Of a stretch of 64,000 nt of DNA, positions 32,600 through 46,240 are shown piece after piece. A program made the position numbers and the translations under genes. The first letter of the stretch is position 1. Every line of letters starts with the position of its first letter. The stretch is from the NCBI GenBank assembly GCA_950097015.1, contig CATNEN010000003.1:6014001-6078000 (forward strand). Reading direction: 5' to 3'. The notes under the pieces are model-generated. The model saw nothing but the letters and a program-made list of their open reading frames with translations. It did not search any database and was not told where the DNA came from. The DNA is from Macrostomum hystrix. Lineage: Eukaryota; Animalia; Platyhelminthes.

Positions 32600-32826
32600 C
32601 TAAGATATCCCAATCTACTGAAATCCCAAATCTTCTAAAATCCTAATCTTATGAAATCCCATCATACTGAAATCCCAATCTTCTAAAATCCTAATCTTAT
32701 GAAATCCCACCATACTGAAATCCCAATCTTCTAAAATCCTTATCTTATGAAATCCCATCATACTGAAATCCCAATCTTCTAAAATCATAATCTTATGAAA
32801 TCCCATCATACTGAAATCCCAATCTA
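32600..32826. repeat. 48-bp (3 x 16) array TACTGAAATCCCAATCTTCTAAAATCCTAATCTTATGAAATCCCATCA
   Basis: About 4.5 copies. Confidence 0.9.
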
Positions 32827-34011
32827 CGAAATACTTTTCTCTAAAAATACGTATACACTAAAACCCATTGGTCATCGTTCTTAATTAAACATCGAAAAAT
32901 AATTGACATATTATTTAGTGAAAATATCAATCTATTGGACAAACTATAATTATAGTGCACATTAAATTTTAATAAACTTCAATGGTCAATGGGAAGAAAG
33001 TAGTGGTAATATTGTACGTTTATGGGTATTGTACGAGAGCTCATGGCTAATCGACCTAGTGAAAGACTTGCGCATCAACTTCAAGGCAGCAGGACAGGCG
33101 CTGAGTACATTCATCCTCACATCCCAGTTTATAATGTGCTCTACGCTTAAAACTAAAGCGGCTTTTCAACTGTTTAAAAAAGTAATCCTTTCGATCCCCT
33201 GTTCTCAAAGCCAAGGCTTTGTCTATTCCTGTGTGTCAGCCAATACTGCGTTTGTCCATGGCTGTCAGAGTTTGGTTGTCATGACAAATGATATTCCACA
33301 GCAACATGCAGGGAATGTTAGGCTTGCCTGAGGACGGAAAAATGTTATTCCTTCAAAGAATCCCAGACCTTGCCCCAAAAGAGCCAATCTGCTTTTTTCT
33401 CTTTTTAGATTGTTGCGGATTGGTTGAAACAAAAAAACTGCTTGAGGCTATTTTGCGTTCTGATATTGAAGTCCTTTTTTTAAGTAATTAGTTTTTTGTT
33501 CAGTTGAAGGGTGAATTTTGGGTAAATGTCTGGGAGGCTGTGACGTTTGCATTGAATTCGTTGAAGTCTCAGTTTTTGATTTATGATTTTCACAGTGCTA
33601 ATGAAGTCTTTCTGTTTGTTCAAAAATAAAGAATAGATTTTCAGCAGTTTCGGTGAGAGCGGCAGTGAGTGTAACAGAATTAGGAAGGCGCCCTTATGAA
33701 AAGTACTGCGGGAAGGGTGGAACAAGAAAGTACAACGAAACGTATAAAACTTTTTAGTCAAAGAGAAAATCAGAAGACTACAAAAAGACAAAATTTATAA
33801 TGAGCAGACTGAAAAAAAGAGAAAAAAGCACGAAGTTGCCTTGAAGGCACAGTGTAGCGAACGCACCATTTTTTAATAAAGTCTACAGAGCGCTGGGATG
33901 GCACGGCTAGTGATAGAAATTTCTATAATATAATGGCTTCACACAGCGCTGGGCTACAGTATCAGAAGTTTTTTAAATTAAGTCAGAACTTGTGCTAAAA
34001 AGAATGTAGAA

Positions 34012-34129
34012 TGACGTCAGAAAGTGGGCTAAAAATAGAATGGTGGATGACGTCAGGAAAGTGGGCTAAAAATAGAAGGCAGAATGACGTCAGAAAAGTG
34101 CATTATTTTTATATCAATATATGACGTCA
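34012..34129. promoter_or_regulatory. Four perfect CRE palindromes (TGACGTCA) at 36-37 bp spacing
   Basis: TGACGTCA starts at 34012, 34048, 34085 and 34122. Function is inferred. Confidence 0.5.
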
Positions 34130-34158
34130 TAAAATAAATTAAAGTTTTCCTATTTCAG

Positions 34159-35050
34159 AGCATGCGCGCTCTACGCCAGTCGATCCGGCGTCACGAGACT
34201 CGCGCTAAGCAGCGCCGCAACTCGGTCGCCCTTCGACCAGAGACTCTGCTTCAAGTGCCGCAGCAGGTGGCCTCGCCGGCCCGATCACCTTCGCCGATGT
34301 CACTGACTCCGGAGCCTCCGCCTGTCGGCTGCCGAGCCAGGGGTCGTGCTGCGCTCTCGCGCTGCTGGGAGCGGGTCACTCGAGTCGCCTGGACTGAGCG
34401 CAATCCCCTGCCCGAGGATCCCGCGTGCTGGGAGCGGCTGTGCTTCGGTCTGATGTGCCCGCCACACGGTCATGTAGCCCGGTGCACAGCCGGCATCCTT
34501 TCAGTTCTGGTGCTGTACGGCCTGCTGTTTGTCATTGTTGGCGACAGCGCCTTGCCGTCGCGTTGCGTGATGTTGAATTCTTTGAACAATTTGACATCGA
34601 CGACCACTAATGGCACTGCAGTATCTAGCCTAGTTAACGACTCATCAACCGAGTCTTCAGGCACTACCGCTCAAAAAGAATTGTGCACTGGTGGAAACTT
34701 TTTTGGTCTATTCGTTTTGTTTGTCTGCTCAATGACAGCCAGTTCGCTGTCCAAGAAGCTCAATCTGCCGCCGCTGCTCGGCATGCTCGTTGTCGGCTGC
34801 GTCCTTGGCAACGCGCCGGTGATCAACGTGGCTCGCCACATCAGCAAGGAGTACTTTAATAAACTGCGCGAGTTGGCGCTCTGCACGATCCTGCTGCGGG
34901 CTGGACTAAGCCTGGATCCAAACACGCTGCGTAGGCTGTCTGCCACAGTGTTCAGGCTGGCATTTATCCCTTGCCTGGTGGAGAGCACAGTCGGAGCCAT
35001 AGCCGCATTCTTCATACTTGGCTTCCCGTGGGAGTGGGGATTTATTCTAG
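34159..35050 (+). CDS. SLC9B2: SLC9B/NHA antiporter exon 2
   Basis: tatttcag|AGCATG...CTAG|gtaatt. Motifs CPPHG, GGNFFGL, LPPLLGML, ILLRAGLSLD, PCLVE, PWEWGFILG are characteristic of SLC9B. Confidence 0.95.
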
Positions 35051-35129
35051 GTAATTTCTAGCTCAGAAAAAACCTTCTTTAAAGCATAATACGGCTGCTT
35101 ATGTAGTTTAAGAGCGTCACGAACAAGAC

Positions 35130-35615
35130 AAACCATCAAACTCACGAATCAACTGACCAACAAACCATCAAACTCACGAATCAACTGATCAATAAAACAT
35201 CAAACTCACGAATCTACTGACCAACAAACCATCAAACTCACGAATCAACTGACCAACAAACCATCAAACTCACGAATCTACTGACCAACAAACCATCAAA
35301 CTCACGAATCTACTGACCAACAAACCATCAAACTCACGAATCTACTGACCAACAAACCATCAAACTCACGAATCTACTGACCAACAAAACATCAAACTCA
35401 CGAATCAACTGACCAACAAACCATCAAACTCACGAATCAACTGACCAACAAACCATCAAACTCACGAATCTACTGACCAACAAACCATCAAACTCATGAA
35501 TCTACTGACCAACAAACCATCAAACTCACGAATCTACTGACCAACAAACCATCAAACTCACGAATCTACTGACCAACAAACCATCAAACTCATGAATCTA
35601 CTGACTAACAAATCA
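35130..35615. repeat. 32-bp minisatellite CCAACAAACCATCAAACTCACGAATCTACTGA (SLC9B intron 2)
   Basis: About 15 tandem copies. Confidence 0.95.
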
Positions 35616-35723
35616 TCGAACTAAAAAGCAGGAACCTCTAAACAAAATAATTTTTTGAACATGAAGCGGCAAACTCCAAAATATAGCTGTAATTATAAGA
35701 ATTATTCTCCCGCAAAAACGCAG

Positions 35724-36104
35724 GTTTTGTACTCGGCGCAGTCTCGCCGGCAGTTGTAGTCCTCGGCATGCTGAAGCTTGAATACCGCGGCTACGGTGTT
35801 GAGAAGGGCATCCCCACCTTGATCATTGCCGCGTCCTCCATGGACGATGTACTTGCCATCACCGGCTTTAGCTTAGCCCTCGGCATCGCTTCTAACGACG
35901 GCGATCGAAGCATCGCTGGAGCAATATTTCGCGGACCTCGCGACGCTATCATCGGAATCGTCTATGGCGGTGCGCTGGGTGCCCTGCTGTGGTTCATACC
36001 GCACAAGCAGCACAAGCGCCCGGTAATGTTCCGCTTTATCTTCCTGGTCGGCGGTGGCGTCATCGCCCTGTTGGGCTGCGAGAAGGCTCACGTTCAAGGA
36101 GCTG
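35724..36104 (+). CDS. SLC9B2: SLC9B/NHA antiporter exon 3 (ion-binding DD motif)
   Basis: acgcag|GTTTT...GCTG|gtgagt. Translates GFVLGAVSPAVVV...GYGVEKGIPTLIIAASSMDDVLAITGF. Confidence 0.95.
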
Positions 36105-36159
36105 GTGAGTGCACTCGGCAGCAGCCTCTCAGTGCAACTATTAACAACCACGAGCTATG

Positions 36160-37470
36160 AAACTCACCAATCTATTGACCTAAGTACCATCAAGCTCACC
36201 AATCTATTGACCTAAGAACCATCAAGCTCACCAATCTATTGACCTAAGAACCATCAAACTCACCAATCTATTGACCTAAGAACCATCAAGCTCACCAATC
36301 TATTGACCTAAGAACCATCAAGCTCAACAATCTATTGACCTAAGAACCATCAAGCTCACCAATCTATTGACCTAAGAACCATCAAGCTCACCAATCTATT
36401 GACCTAAGAACCATCAAACTCACCAATCTATTGACCTAAGAACCATCAAGCTCACCAATCTATTGACCTAAGAACCATCAAGCTCACCAATCTATTGACC
36501 TAAGAACCATCAAGCTCACCAATCTATTGACCTAAGAACCATCAAGCTCACCAATCTATTGACCTAAGAACCATCAAACTCAACAATCTATTGACCTAAG
36601 AACCATCAAGCTCACCAATCTATTGAACTAAGAACCATCAAGCTCACCAATCTATTGACCTAAGAACCATCAAACTCAACAATCTATTGACCTACGAGTA
36701 TAAGAACCATCAAGCTCACCAATCTATTGACCTAAGAGCCATCAAGCTCACCAATCTATTGACCTAAGAACCATCAAGCTCACCAATCTATTGACCTAAG
36801 AACCATCAAACTCACCAATCCATTGACCTAAGAACCATCAAACTCAACAATCTATTGACCTAAGAACCATCAAGCTCACCAATCTATTGACCTAAGAACC
36901 ATCAAACTCACCAATCCATTGACCTAAGAACCATCAAGCTCACCAATCTATTGACCTACGAGTATAAGAACCATCAAGCTCACCAATCTATTGAACTACG
37001 AGTATAAGAACCATCAAGCTCACCAATCTATTGACCTAAGAACCATCAAGCTCACCAATCTATTGACCTAAGAACCATCAAGCTCACCAATCTATTGACC
37101 TAAGAACCATCAAGCTCACCAATCTATTGACCTAAGAACCATCAAACTCAACAATCTATTGACCTAAGAACCATCAAGCTCACCAATCTATTGACCTAAG
37201 AACCATCAAGCTCACCAATCCATTGACCTAAGAACCATCAAACTCACCAATCTATTGACCTACGAGTATAAGAACCATCAAACTCACCAATCTATTGACC
37301 TAAGAACCATCAAACTCACCAATCTATTGACCTAAGTACCATCAAACTCACCAATCTATTGACCTACGAGTATAAGAACCATCAAACTCACCAATCTATT
37401 GACCTAAGAACCATCAAACTCACCAATCTATTGACCTACGAGTATAAGAACCATCAAGCTCACTAATCTC
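36160..37470. repeat. 32-bp minisatellite CCTAAGAACCATCAAGCTCACCAATCTATTGA (SLC9B intron 3)
   Basis: About 40 tandem copies, some with an 8-nt insertion. Confidence 0.95.
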
Positions 37471-38756
37471 TTGACCTACTGATGTATCTTCTCAACAATC
37501 AATTATCAAGCTGAAAAATCTTTTGTCCAGTCGTCTATATAGCTAAAATATCTGCTGACTAAAAGAATCTAGTTATTGGCTGTAAAAATAAATTTCGGAA
37601 GGTATAAATACAATGCAGAGATTTGGCATTATCGTTGTGAAAGGAAATTCCCACCCAAAAACAGAAAATTGGCACTTCAAATCAAATCTGACAGGCAGGA
37701 TTAGGCCGGCCAGTGAAGAGTGGTTGGCAAGAACTGCAGCAGAAAAAGCAAAACCAACATTTTCTCGGTTTCACCTAAGCCATTACTATATTCAGTAATT
37801 ATTTTCCACCTATTGTCCATCCTTGCCGACTTGATTGACAGTAAGATTGCAAAATTAGGCACTGGAATAATATTGACAGGTCTTAGATCTAGCACACTTC
37901 TGATAATTTAAAGTACTTATAAGTGAGAATTCTTGACATATTTTGCAAGACTTTTCATGCAGAGATGACAGAAGATGAGAAACAGATTATTTTGTTTGAT
38001 CATGCGCAAAGCATTTTAATTAGCGTGGGAAATCCCAGATTGCAATTTAAGTGCATGTCATTTATGCATCACTAATTCTACTAGTCGATCAGTGCATTAA
38101 CTGGAAAAAAATCTTTTCTTTCATTTTGACGAGGTCATTAGTTGAAGATGATTTCTCTTTACATTGAGTTCCAAATTAGTCCAGCAATTTATTTGTCTGC
38201 AAACTTCACCTAATGAGGGCGGTTAATGAAATATGTTCACGATTAGTTTTCTGTCAAATTAATCTAACTGAAGTTTCATGAGGAAAGATTGTACTCGTAC
38301 TTAGATTTTTTATTGATTTATTTTGCTGTCTAACTATATTTTTTTCACATTTGGTTGTCCACCAGTTTCTACCAAGTTTGTTTAATTATGGCAGAATTAA
38401 CCAGACATGTATGAAAATACTTATAAAACTAGTCATGATGGTCGTATCTTCTTTCTATATTAGCACCCGGTGCAGCGCAATACATTTATAGGGCCGGACA
38501 CTACAAATATACAGTTGCTATCCTATACAGACGTAAGCGGCAGATGTGACAGAAACCAGTTTTAGCTGGTTCGGTTGACACTTTGACGTTACTGCTATAG
38601 TGGTATGGAGTACTTTAAGAGTTTAGTGTACAGATATTTGAGATGGGACAAACGCAGAAACTGTATGCAATACACTAGAAGCTACTTCATCAGGATTTGC
38701 ATACTTTTTTACTATTTTTTATTAATAGAACATCTCTTGACATCTCATGACAATCC

Positions 38757-39385
38757 TGATATCCTACTCTTCTCATCTCTATCACACTCTTCCCATCTCT
38801 ATATTACTCTTCCCATCTCTATCCTACTCTTCCCATCTCTATCCTACTCTTCCCATCTCTTTCCTACTCTTCCCATCTCTATCACACTCTTCCCATCTCT
38901 ATCACACTCTTCCCATCTCTATCCTACTCTTCCCATCTCTTTCCTACTCTTCCCATCTCTATCCTACTCTTCCCATCTCTATCACACTCTTCCCATCTCT
39001 ATCCTACTCTTCCTATATTTATCCTACTCTTCCCATCTCTATCCTACTCTTCCTATATTTATCCTACTCTTCCCATCTCTATTACACTCTTCCCATCTCT
39101 ATCCTACTCTTCCCATCTCTATCCTACTCTTCCTATATTTATCCTACTCTTCCCATCTCTATCACACTCTTCCCATCTCTATCCTACTCTTCCCATCTCT
39201 ATCCTACTCTTCCTATATTTATCCTACTCTTCCCATCTCTATTACACTCTTCCCATCTCTATCCTACTCTTCCCATCTCTATCCAACTCTTCCCATCTTT
39301 ATCCAACTCTTCCCATCTCTATCCTACTCTTCCCATCTCTATCCTACTCTTCCCATCTCTATTCTACTCTTCCTATCTTTATCCT
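38757..39385. repeat. 20-bp minisatellite ATCCTACTCTTCCCATCTCT
   Basis: Tandem copies. Confidence 0.95.
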
Positions 39386-39829
39386 AAGCTATTCCCATCC
39401 AAATTTTAATAAACCTCCTATATGCCATGCCATAGCTTGCTAATACAACAAGCTAATACAACAATTCTTAGTTATTCCTTTCTCTCTCAAACACATCCCA
39501 GATGCCCTGAGGGCTATCTCAGGACGTGGGATTCTCTGAGGGATACAGCAAGTGTCAATGAGAGGCGTCAGAGTAGAGCCGTTGCCCCGCGTCGTTGCTA
39601 TGCAGCTTAGGGATCGAACTTGTTTGATAAGTCTACGCTGGATTAGTTTGTCCATTCCCACGCTGTTTGTAGAATGCCTGTCTTTGCCAATGCTGACCAG
39701 ATGTTAGATGTACTTTGGCGAGTCTGTGGGTCTCAGTAGAGAGCTGGCAGCAATGTCTGCTTTGTCCCAATTTTACTGTGAGAAACATGAACTATGATCT
39801 TTCATATCTAGTTATTTTTTAAGTTGAGT

Positions 39830-40200
39830 CAATGACTCTATGGGTCAATGAGTCTATGGGTCAATGAGTCTATGGGTCAATAATTCTATGGGTCAATGAG
39901 CCAATGGGTCAATGGGTCAATGATTCTATGGGTCAATGAGTCTGTGGGTCAATGAGTCTTATGAGTCAATGAGTCTATCGGTTAATGAGTCTATGAGTCA
40001 TGGGTCAATGAGTCTATGGGTCAATGAGTCTATGGGTCAATGAGTATATGGGTCAATGATTCTATGGGTCAATGAGTCTATGGGTCAGTGAGTCTATCGG
40101 TCAATGAGTCTATCGGTTAATGAGTCTATGAGTCATGGGTCAATGAGTCTATCAGTCATGGGTCAATGAGTCTATCAGTCATGGGTCAATGAGTCTATGG
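39830..40200. repeat. 16-bp minisatellite GGGTCAATGAGTCTAT
   Basis: Tandem copies. Confidence 0.92.
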
Positions 40201-42304
40201 GTCTATAAGCATCCTGGTCAATTGTCGCTGTGTAAGCAAATTTTAGTTTTAATATTCCATTGATCAAACTATTCAACGTGGTCATAACGCTTACAATTAT
40301 GGGTCATACTAATGAGTTTGATTTTATGTAAAAATACCTTTAAAAGTAGCTGAAAAATGCAAAGTTTCGCACTGAAGTTCGAAAGTACGAATTCTGTAGC
40401 CATAGAGAGGAATTATTTATCGAATGAAGCTTCTAGAAGGAATTATTGTGCGAAAGGGGAAGATGAGCGAGTGGGAAAAATGAAGGAGATTGCATGGGGA
40501 AAATAGAGAAAGAGAGGGAGGGTGGGAATCCCATTTTCAAGGCCCGGTAACTCAATTGTCGGCCACAAAGCTTAGGCCTCTCTAGCTGCTAACTCTCCTC
40601 CTTTAGTTCAGCATCAATTTAAGCTGCTGCTGCTGCTGCTGCTGGTGTGGTGAGAGAATAGAAAACATCACTGGACAACTGTCTGTGTCTGTGTGGGCGT
40701 GTAGATCTGTGACAAAAAAGGAAAGAGAGAGAGAGAGAGCTGAGATGGCCCAAACTTCTTCTCCTTCCTCTATAGTACTTCTCCCATGATTCGTTTTCCC
40801 GTCAAGCTTCTTTATAGGTTCTCCTATCTGAAGTCTGTCTCTCTCTCTGACAAGCGTCCATCTCGTGGCAATTTCCGATCAGTTAAGCTGCCCGCGGTTG
40901 GTTTTGGTTGTAAAGGCCGAGCCTGGAGTCGGGGCCGGGTTTAGGAAACAGAAGCACACGCCTGGGTTTCAGGCTAATACTATATGCTTGGCAACATCAA
41001 ATTGGGGTGGTATAGGCTGGAGGCTGGTCTGGAGAACTTCTGCAGCCTCAAGCGCAGAGAATACGAGAAGAGAAAGTGGTCCAAGAGAGAGAGAGAGAGA
41101 AAGGAAACCGCAATGCTAAACAGTTGTAATAGCTTTTCCTAGCGAAGTAAGACGTCAATGAGATTTTCGATTCGGGTTTTTAAGTTGCCGAATTCTGTAA
41201 TATACGTGTGCATTCGTAATTAAATACAAATTCAAGGATTTTAGTGAGTTGGTTCACTGGACTTCGTTTCTAATGTGATGTTTCTGATTCAAGTCATGAT
41301 TGAGACTATGAATGAGTAAGTATCATTTAGGCCACATTCCTATAAAATGCCGTTCTATAGTTAACTGTGCTTTACGCATAGGAAATCTTTAGGCAAAAAT
41401 ATTTTGGTACCGCGACATGGCCCTACATGAAAAACTTCTTAATTAGGCTATCTAAACAAGTAGGGAGCTACGAAGAGAAGTTCAGACATTTCTAAGTCGA
41501 ATTCTTCTGCCTGCCGTCCCAAAACTGCTTTCGTTGGCTACAAAAATCCATGCTTTGTCCTTGAAGTTGTACCAATTTATTTTAGTCAGAAAGCATGATG
41601 CACGCCTCAAGCATGCATGCGAAAAGTTCAGAACCAAAAGTCGCCTATGCTGTCATTGCGATGACTCTTCAAGGGCTCGCCTAAGTCGACCAATCGACCA
41701 AAACTTTCTTACATGCAGTCATCCATCAATTTGTCACGTGTGCATTGTATAGACGTCTTCTTGTTAGCCAACGGCCCCCAAGCATAAGATGCCTAGTTCA
41801 CCTTACGGGCCACAGAAAAACTTTATTTTGCAATGAAATTCTCTCTTTCCTTCTGATTCTCTCCGTCAAAGTCCACCAAACTGGCGTTCTCTCGCCCCCG
41901 CTGTCTTGCTGTCTTCCTTGTTGGCTTTGTTGCACGAGACGGCGTGATGATTGTACTATTGCTTTCCAACTTCTGTCCCACAGTCTTGCAAGATGTGACT
42001 GCTTTTTAACCTGACGCAGTTTGGGACAATAGAAACACTTTTCCTAAATTTCTCGCGGATGGATAGTTAAGCTTGACTTCAGAAATAGAAATGTGTACAT
42101 CTTTTGGATGACTATCATCCTGGGCCGACTCGAATAGATATAATTTTTTTTCAATCACCTGCTTATAAGGTACGAGTGCGCTTGTACCTTAGGAATTTGG
42201 CGCTCTATTGACCATCAAAGGTGTAAATTAGATGACGGCCAACAAACTCTTATGCTCTTAGGCATTTAATTACCAAACTGTTCCTTTCTTCCCGTCTCAC
42301 CCAG

Positions 42305-43110
42305 GTGCACTAGGTGTGCTCACCTTGGCCTTCGTTTCTGGCTACGGTTGGCGCCGCTGGGACGGCTGGGCCGAAGAAGACAACCCGATGCTGGCGCCGT
42401 TAGACACGCTCTGGTGGTTCATGCAGCCGATGCTGTTTGGTCTGATTGGCGGCCAGATTCTGTTCGAGAAGATCCACCTGTTGGCTTTGGCCAAAGGTCT
42501 AGCCGTTGTTGGAATTGGTTTGGTGTTTCGCATGCTGGCCAGTTTCTTGTGCATGATGGGTACAAATCTGAACTTCAGGGAGCGCCTGTTTATACCATTC
42601 TCCTGGCTGCCGAAAGCTACAGTCCAGGCTGCTATCGGGCCAGTGGCCTTGGACATGGCTCTGGCAAAGGAGCCGAGGAACAAGGAGGCAGTTGACATGG
42701 CGCTTCAGATCCTCACGATAGCCGCCATAGTCATTATGCTGACGGCACCGCTAGGTGCTTTCCTCATCTCCCTGCTAGGTCCGCGACTGCTAGAGCGCGA
42801 CAAAAACTGGGAGATGCATCACTTTGATTTAAGCGCCCACAATTGTCACGGTCACGGCGGTCACGGAGCTCATGGTCACGGAGAAGAGATTCACCAGAAT
42901 CGACACGGTCTGACGCGACAACGATCTCACGCTGCCGCTGTGAATGACACGGATCTGGAGGCGATGCAAATGGCAGTGGCAGCGGTGGGATCGGGCGCCG
43001 ATGATGACGGCGGCGACGAAGTCGTTTGGCGGCTCAACGGCTCGACTCTAGTTGGTGGCGCCTCGGCAGACATTGACTTGGCTGCCTCGCTTCGGCGTAC
43101 ATCCCTGTGA
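42305..43110 (+). CDS. SLC9B2: SLC9B/NHA antiporter terminal exon with His-rich tail
   Basis: caccag|GTGCA in phase 1. Motifs QPMLFGLIG, ERLFI..SWLPKATVQAAIG, TAPLGA..I..LGPRLL; stop at 43110. Confidence 0.95.
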
Positions 43111-46100
43111 AGCTAGTCATGCACTACTAGCTGGGGCTGATAGCGTAGTATAGTTTGCAGAGCATGCGATTTTCTGGTAGTTTTGACAAAAATATGTTCA
43201 TTTTTCATTGTTTTCCATGAGTCGGATACATTCATAAAAGAACTCTTGGATTATTTCTCCTCAGGTTGTTCTTTTGTCCCCCACTAGTGCTCATCGAACT
43301 CCACGTACAGAACGAGTTCATCTTTAGCGATCATTTAGCTGCATATTTTTTATGATTTAATTGTTTTTTGGGAGACTTCGTCATCTAGTTTACTGTTACT
43401 AAAAGCACAAAAGCAGCCACTAGGACTTTTCTAAAAGTCTGCACTTGGGAAGTCGCTTGTATTTTCCTAGTCTTTGCAAACATCATTTTATTTTTGCTTT
43501 TTGACATACCAAATGGTTATTTCATGCTCGTAATTTGTCATTTTTCTTTCAATCAGGTAGATTTTTGTTCTAAGAAGTTTGTTATTTTCAAATGGGAATA
43601 ATGAAGCTACACTTACATTTTAGATACTGAATTCCCAGATAATTGGCAGTTATCAGAAAAATCGTTCACAATTTTCAGCTCTTCCAAATTGATATCAGAC
43701 AATTCGATCAAATTGATGCACAAGGCATTATTGAACCTATGCTAGAATAATCTGTTTGCTCTACAGTGATTTGAACCTCATGAATACCTCGTGATTTGAA
43801 CTCATCATCGTAGCTCGTACGTGCATTGATCATTTTAATCAATTCTCCGCAGCTATACAAATGAAGCTTCATGTTCAAACTATTTTTTACAAACAGAACC
43901 ATGATATTATGAAATATTATTTTTATTTTTAAATGTATTTTTCATGTTCAACATGTGCGGATGATGATGTTTCGATTGAACAGTGCCGTGTGAAGTACTT
44001 TTAAAAGTACATTAAAATCCTAATTGTGTTCTTAATGGTTATCCTTGTTCATAATGGTTTTATATGGCATGAAAATGCCATAACATAAAAAGCGGGATAT
44101 GAAACATGAGAGATTTATAAAACAGTAAAACACCTGGCCCTGTTTAAGTTTGAGCTCTTCTGTTACTGTTTGCTCTTTTTGTTAACTTCTCTTGCTCGAT
44201 CAAACGCGCACTATATAGTCTCATTTTTGGCATGTAGATGTATTTTCTCAAATTTCTCACACATTGATGCTTTAATTTATCTTTAGGTTTTGACTATACT
44301 ATTTTTCATCATTTTTTAACTGTCGCGAAAAAAATAGTTTTTAAACGTTCTTAACGTACTGCATGTTCGATTTGAACCTGAAGTCTAGATTTATAGCGTC
44401 TAAAGTGCATGTACTAAAAATGGAAGGCAGTAAAACAAAATTAATAATTTTATTTGGGATTAAAGTGGGTTAATGTTCATAAGTCTATTTTTTTAATAGC
44501 CACTAGTGAGGTCTTCCCTGTATTTTTAACAATGTTTCTGCAAAAAAATTATACTTTTTATCAGCTTTGTCAAATTACTGGAAAAAATGGCTCGAAATTT
44601 CTAAGCTTTTATATATTTCGCCCTTGCGCCCTTCAGTCTTTTTCATGGAATTTTACGACTCATGTACAGATTGACGCTAAATTAGTTTCAGTTTTTTATT
44701 TAAGAATGTAATTTTCCGTGTCTGAATCCATGCCGGAATGTCATGTTAGAAGTCACATTTAAAGTTGTATCAACTTTAGCTTTTTTATTCAACCTCTGAC
44801 TACAAGTCCTTATATTAAACAGTTTCGCAGTTCTATTAAAGAAAAGAGTTAAAAACGAATGAGCTCCCTTGTTTGATGCCTTGTCTATACAATGCTCGCA
44901 ATCTATTTCCAGTGTCTATAGCTACTGGGTGATATTGTAGGTGCAGCTTAAACAGTGAGTTCTCTGTCACCGATCAGGTAGCTAAAGGATGTCGGACTGC
45001 AGGACAGCCCTCACAAAACAAGAGTAGGTAGCCTAGGCGAGCCCATGGCATCGTCGGTGATCTTTGCAGACGTTTGCAGGTACCATATAAATACCACCGA
45101 GATTGATTCATTGCAGACAGCGCGCGGAAGCTCGGTTGCATGCTATCAGCGCCACGGCAGGAACTGCGGTCTCATTGTCTCCAAGCACTCATATTATTAA
45201 TATTCACGCCATATATGGCTGTTGATTTTTATTTATTTTTAATTGAATTATTCGACAAACTATAATAAATGCAAAAACCGAAGTGAAGTAAAAAAAGATT
45301 TTTTAATTGGCAATTGGGAAACGTATATATTGGAGTAAAAAATTTAAAAGTAAAAAACGCGAGGGACGTACAACAGACGTACATAAAATCAAATATAATA
45401 ATTATGATAATTATTTAAACGTTTAAGTTGCTTCATGGGCAGCTGTTCTCTTTCTTTAGAGATTTCTATGATGTACTTAGCTAAAGCTTCAGTGGTTTCC
45501 CTGTCGTCTTGTGCCATTATGTAGTAAGATTTTTCTTCTGCTGTTAGGGGACGTGAAATTAGGACTTTTCCCAGAAATTCTATTTTTTAAATACGATCGT
45601 ACAGTTTCATCGTATCTCGTTTTCCATTTAAGTTTTGCATTTACTACATAATATTTTCTCATAAGGAATTTTCGGTCGGAATTTTCATAGAACGACGGTC
45701 CCTTCGTATTGAAAACCACGACTATATGTTCGCTGCAACGCTAACCAGTTTGTCAAGTGCACTTCAGTGCATTACTCGTTAATTTTTCTGTACATCGATT
45801 GTATTTTGGTGTAAAATAATTAATAGATAGAAAAGAAGTTATACACATAACCCTGTTGAGTCTGAGATGAGTACAAACCAGTAGAACAGCCTCAGCTATT
45901 GCTGAGTACCAATGGCACGGTTTAGTCAACTGAAGTAACGGGGAGTTAATTAGTGTCTGGCTTAAAGCGAAAAACTATTTTCCATGATATTTGGACTCGG
46001 CCTGTTTGAGAGTTTGAGAAAAACAGAGTATGAGAACTACGTCATGTTAGGCAAATTCGTTCGACAGTATAAATTTTATACAGTGCTGTTTTTCACACAA

Positions 46101-46240
46101 TACAAGGTATATCAGAAAATGAAAAACTTGCCAACTTTTTACGCAGAACAAAATGTAAAAAAATAGTAATTTGCCACGTTAAAAGCGAGTAAAAAACTAC
46201 AGATATTTAGAGAGCTGTAGTTTTTACTTGGGACTCAAAC

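Noticed and set aside
33000-33480. Possible decayed LINE fragments here and at about 39480-39790 (minus strand)
   Set aside because: Only faint motif resemblance with stops and frameshifts; cannot be supported without a translated search.
35130-37470. 32-bp repeats as a CRISPR array
   Set aside because: Units are contiguous with no unique spacers, lie in spliceosomal introns, and no cas genes are present.
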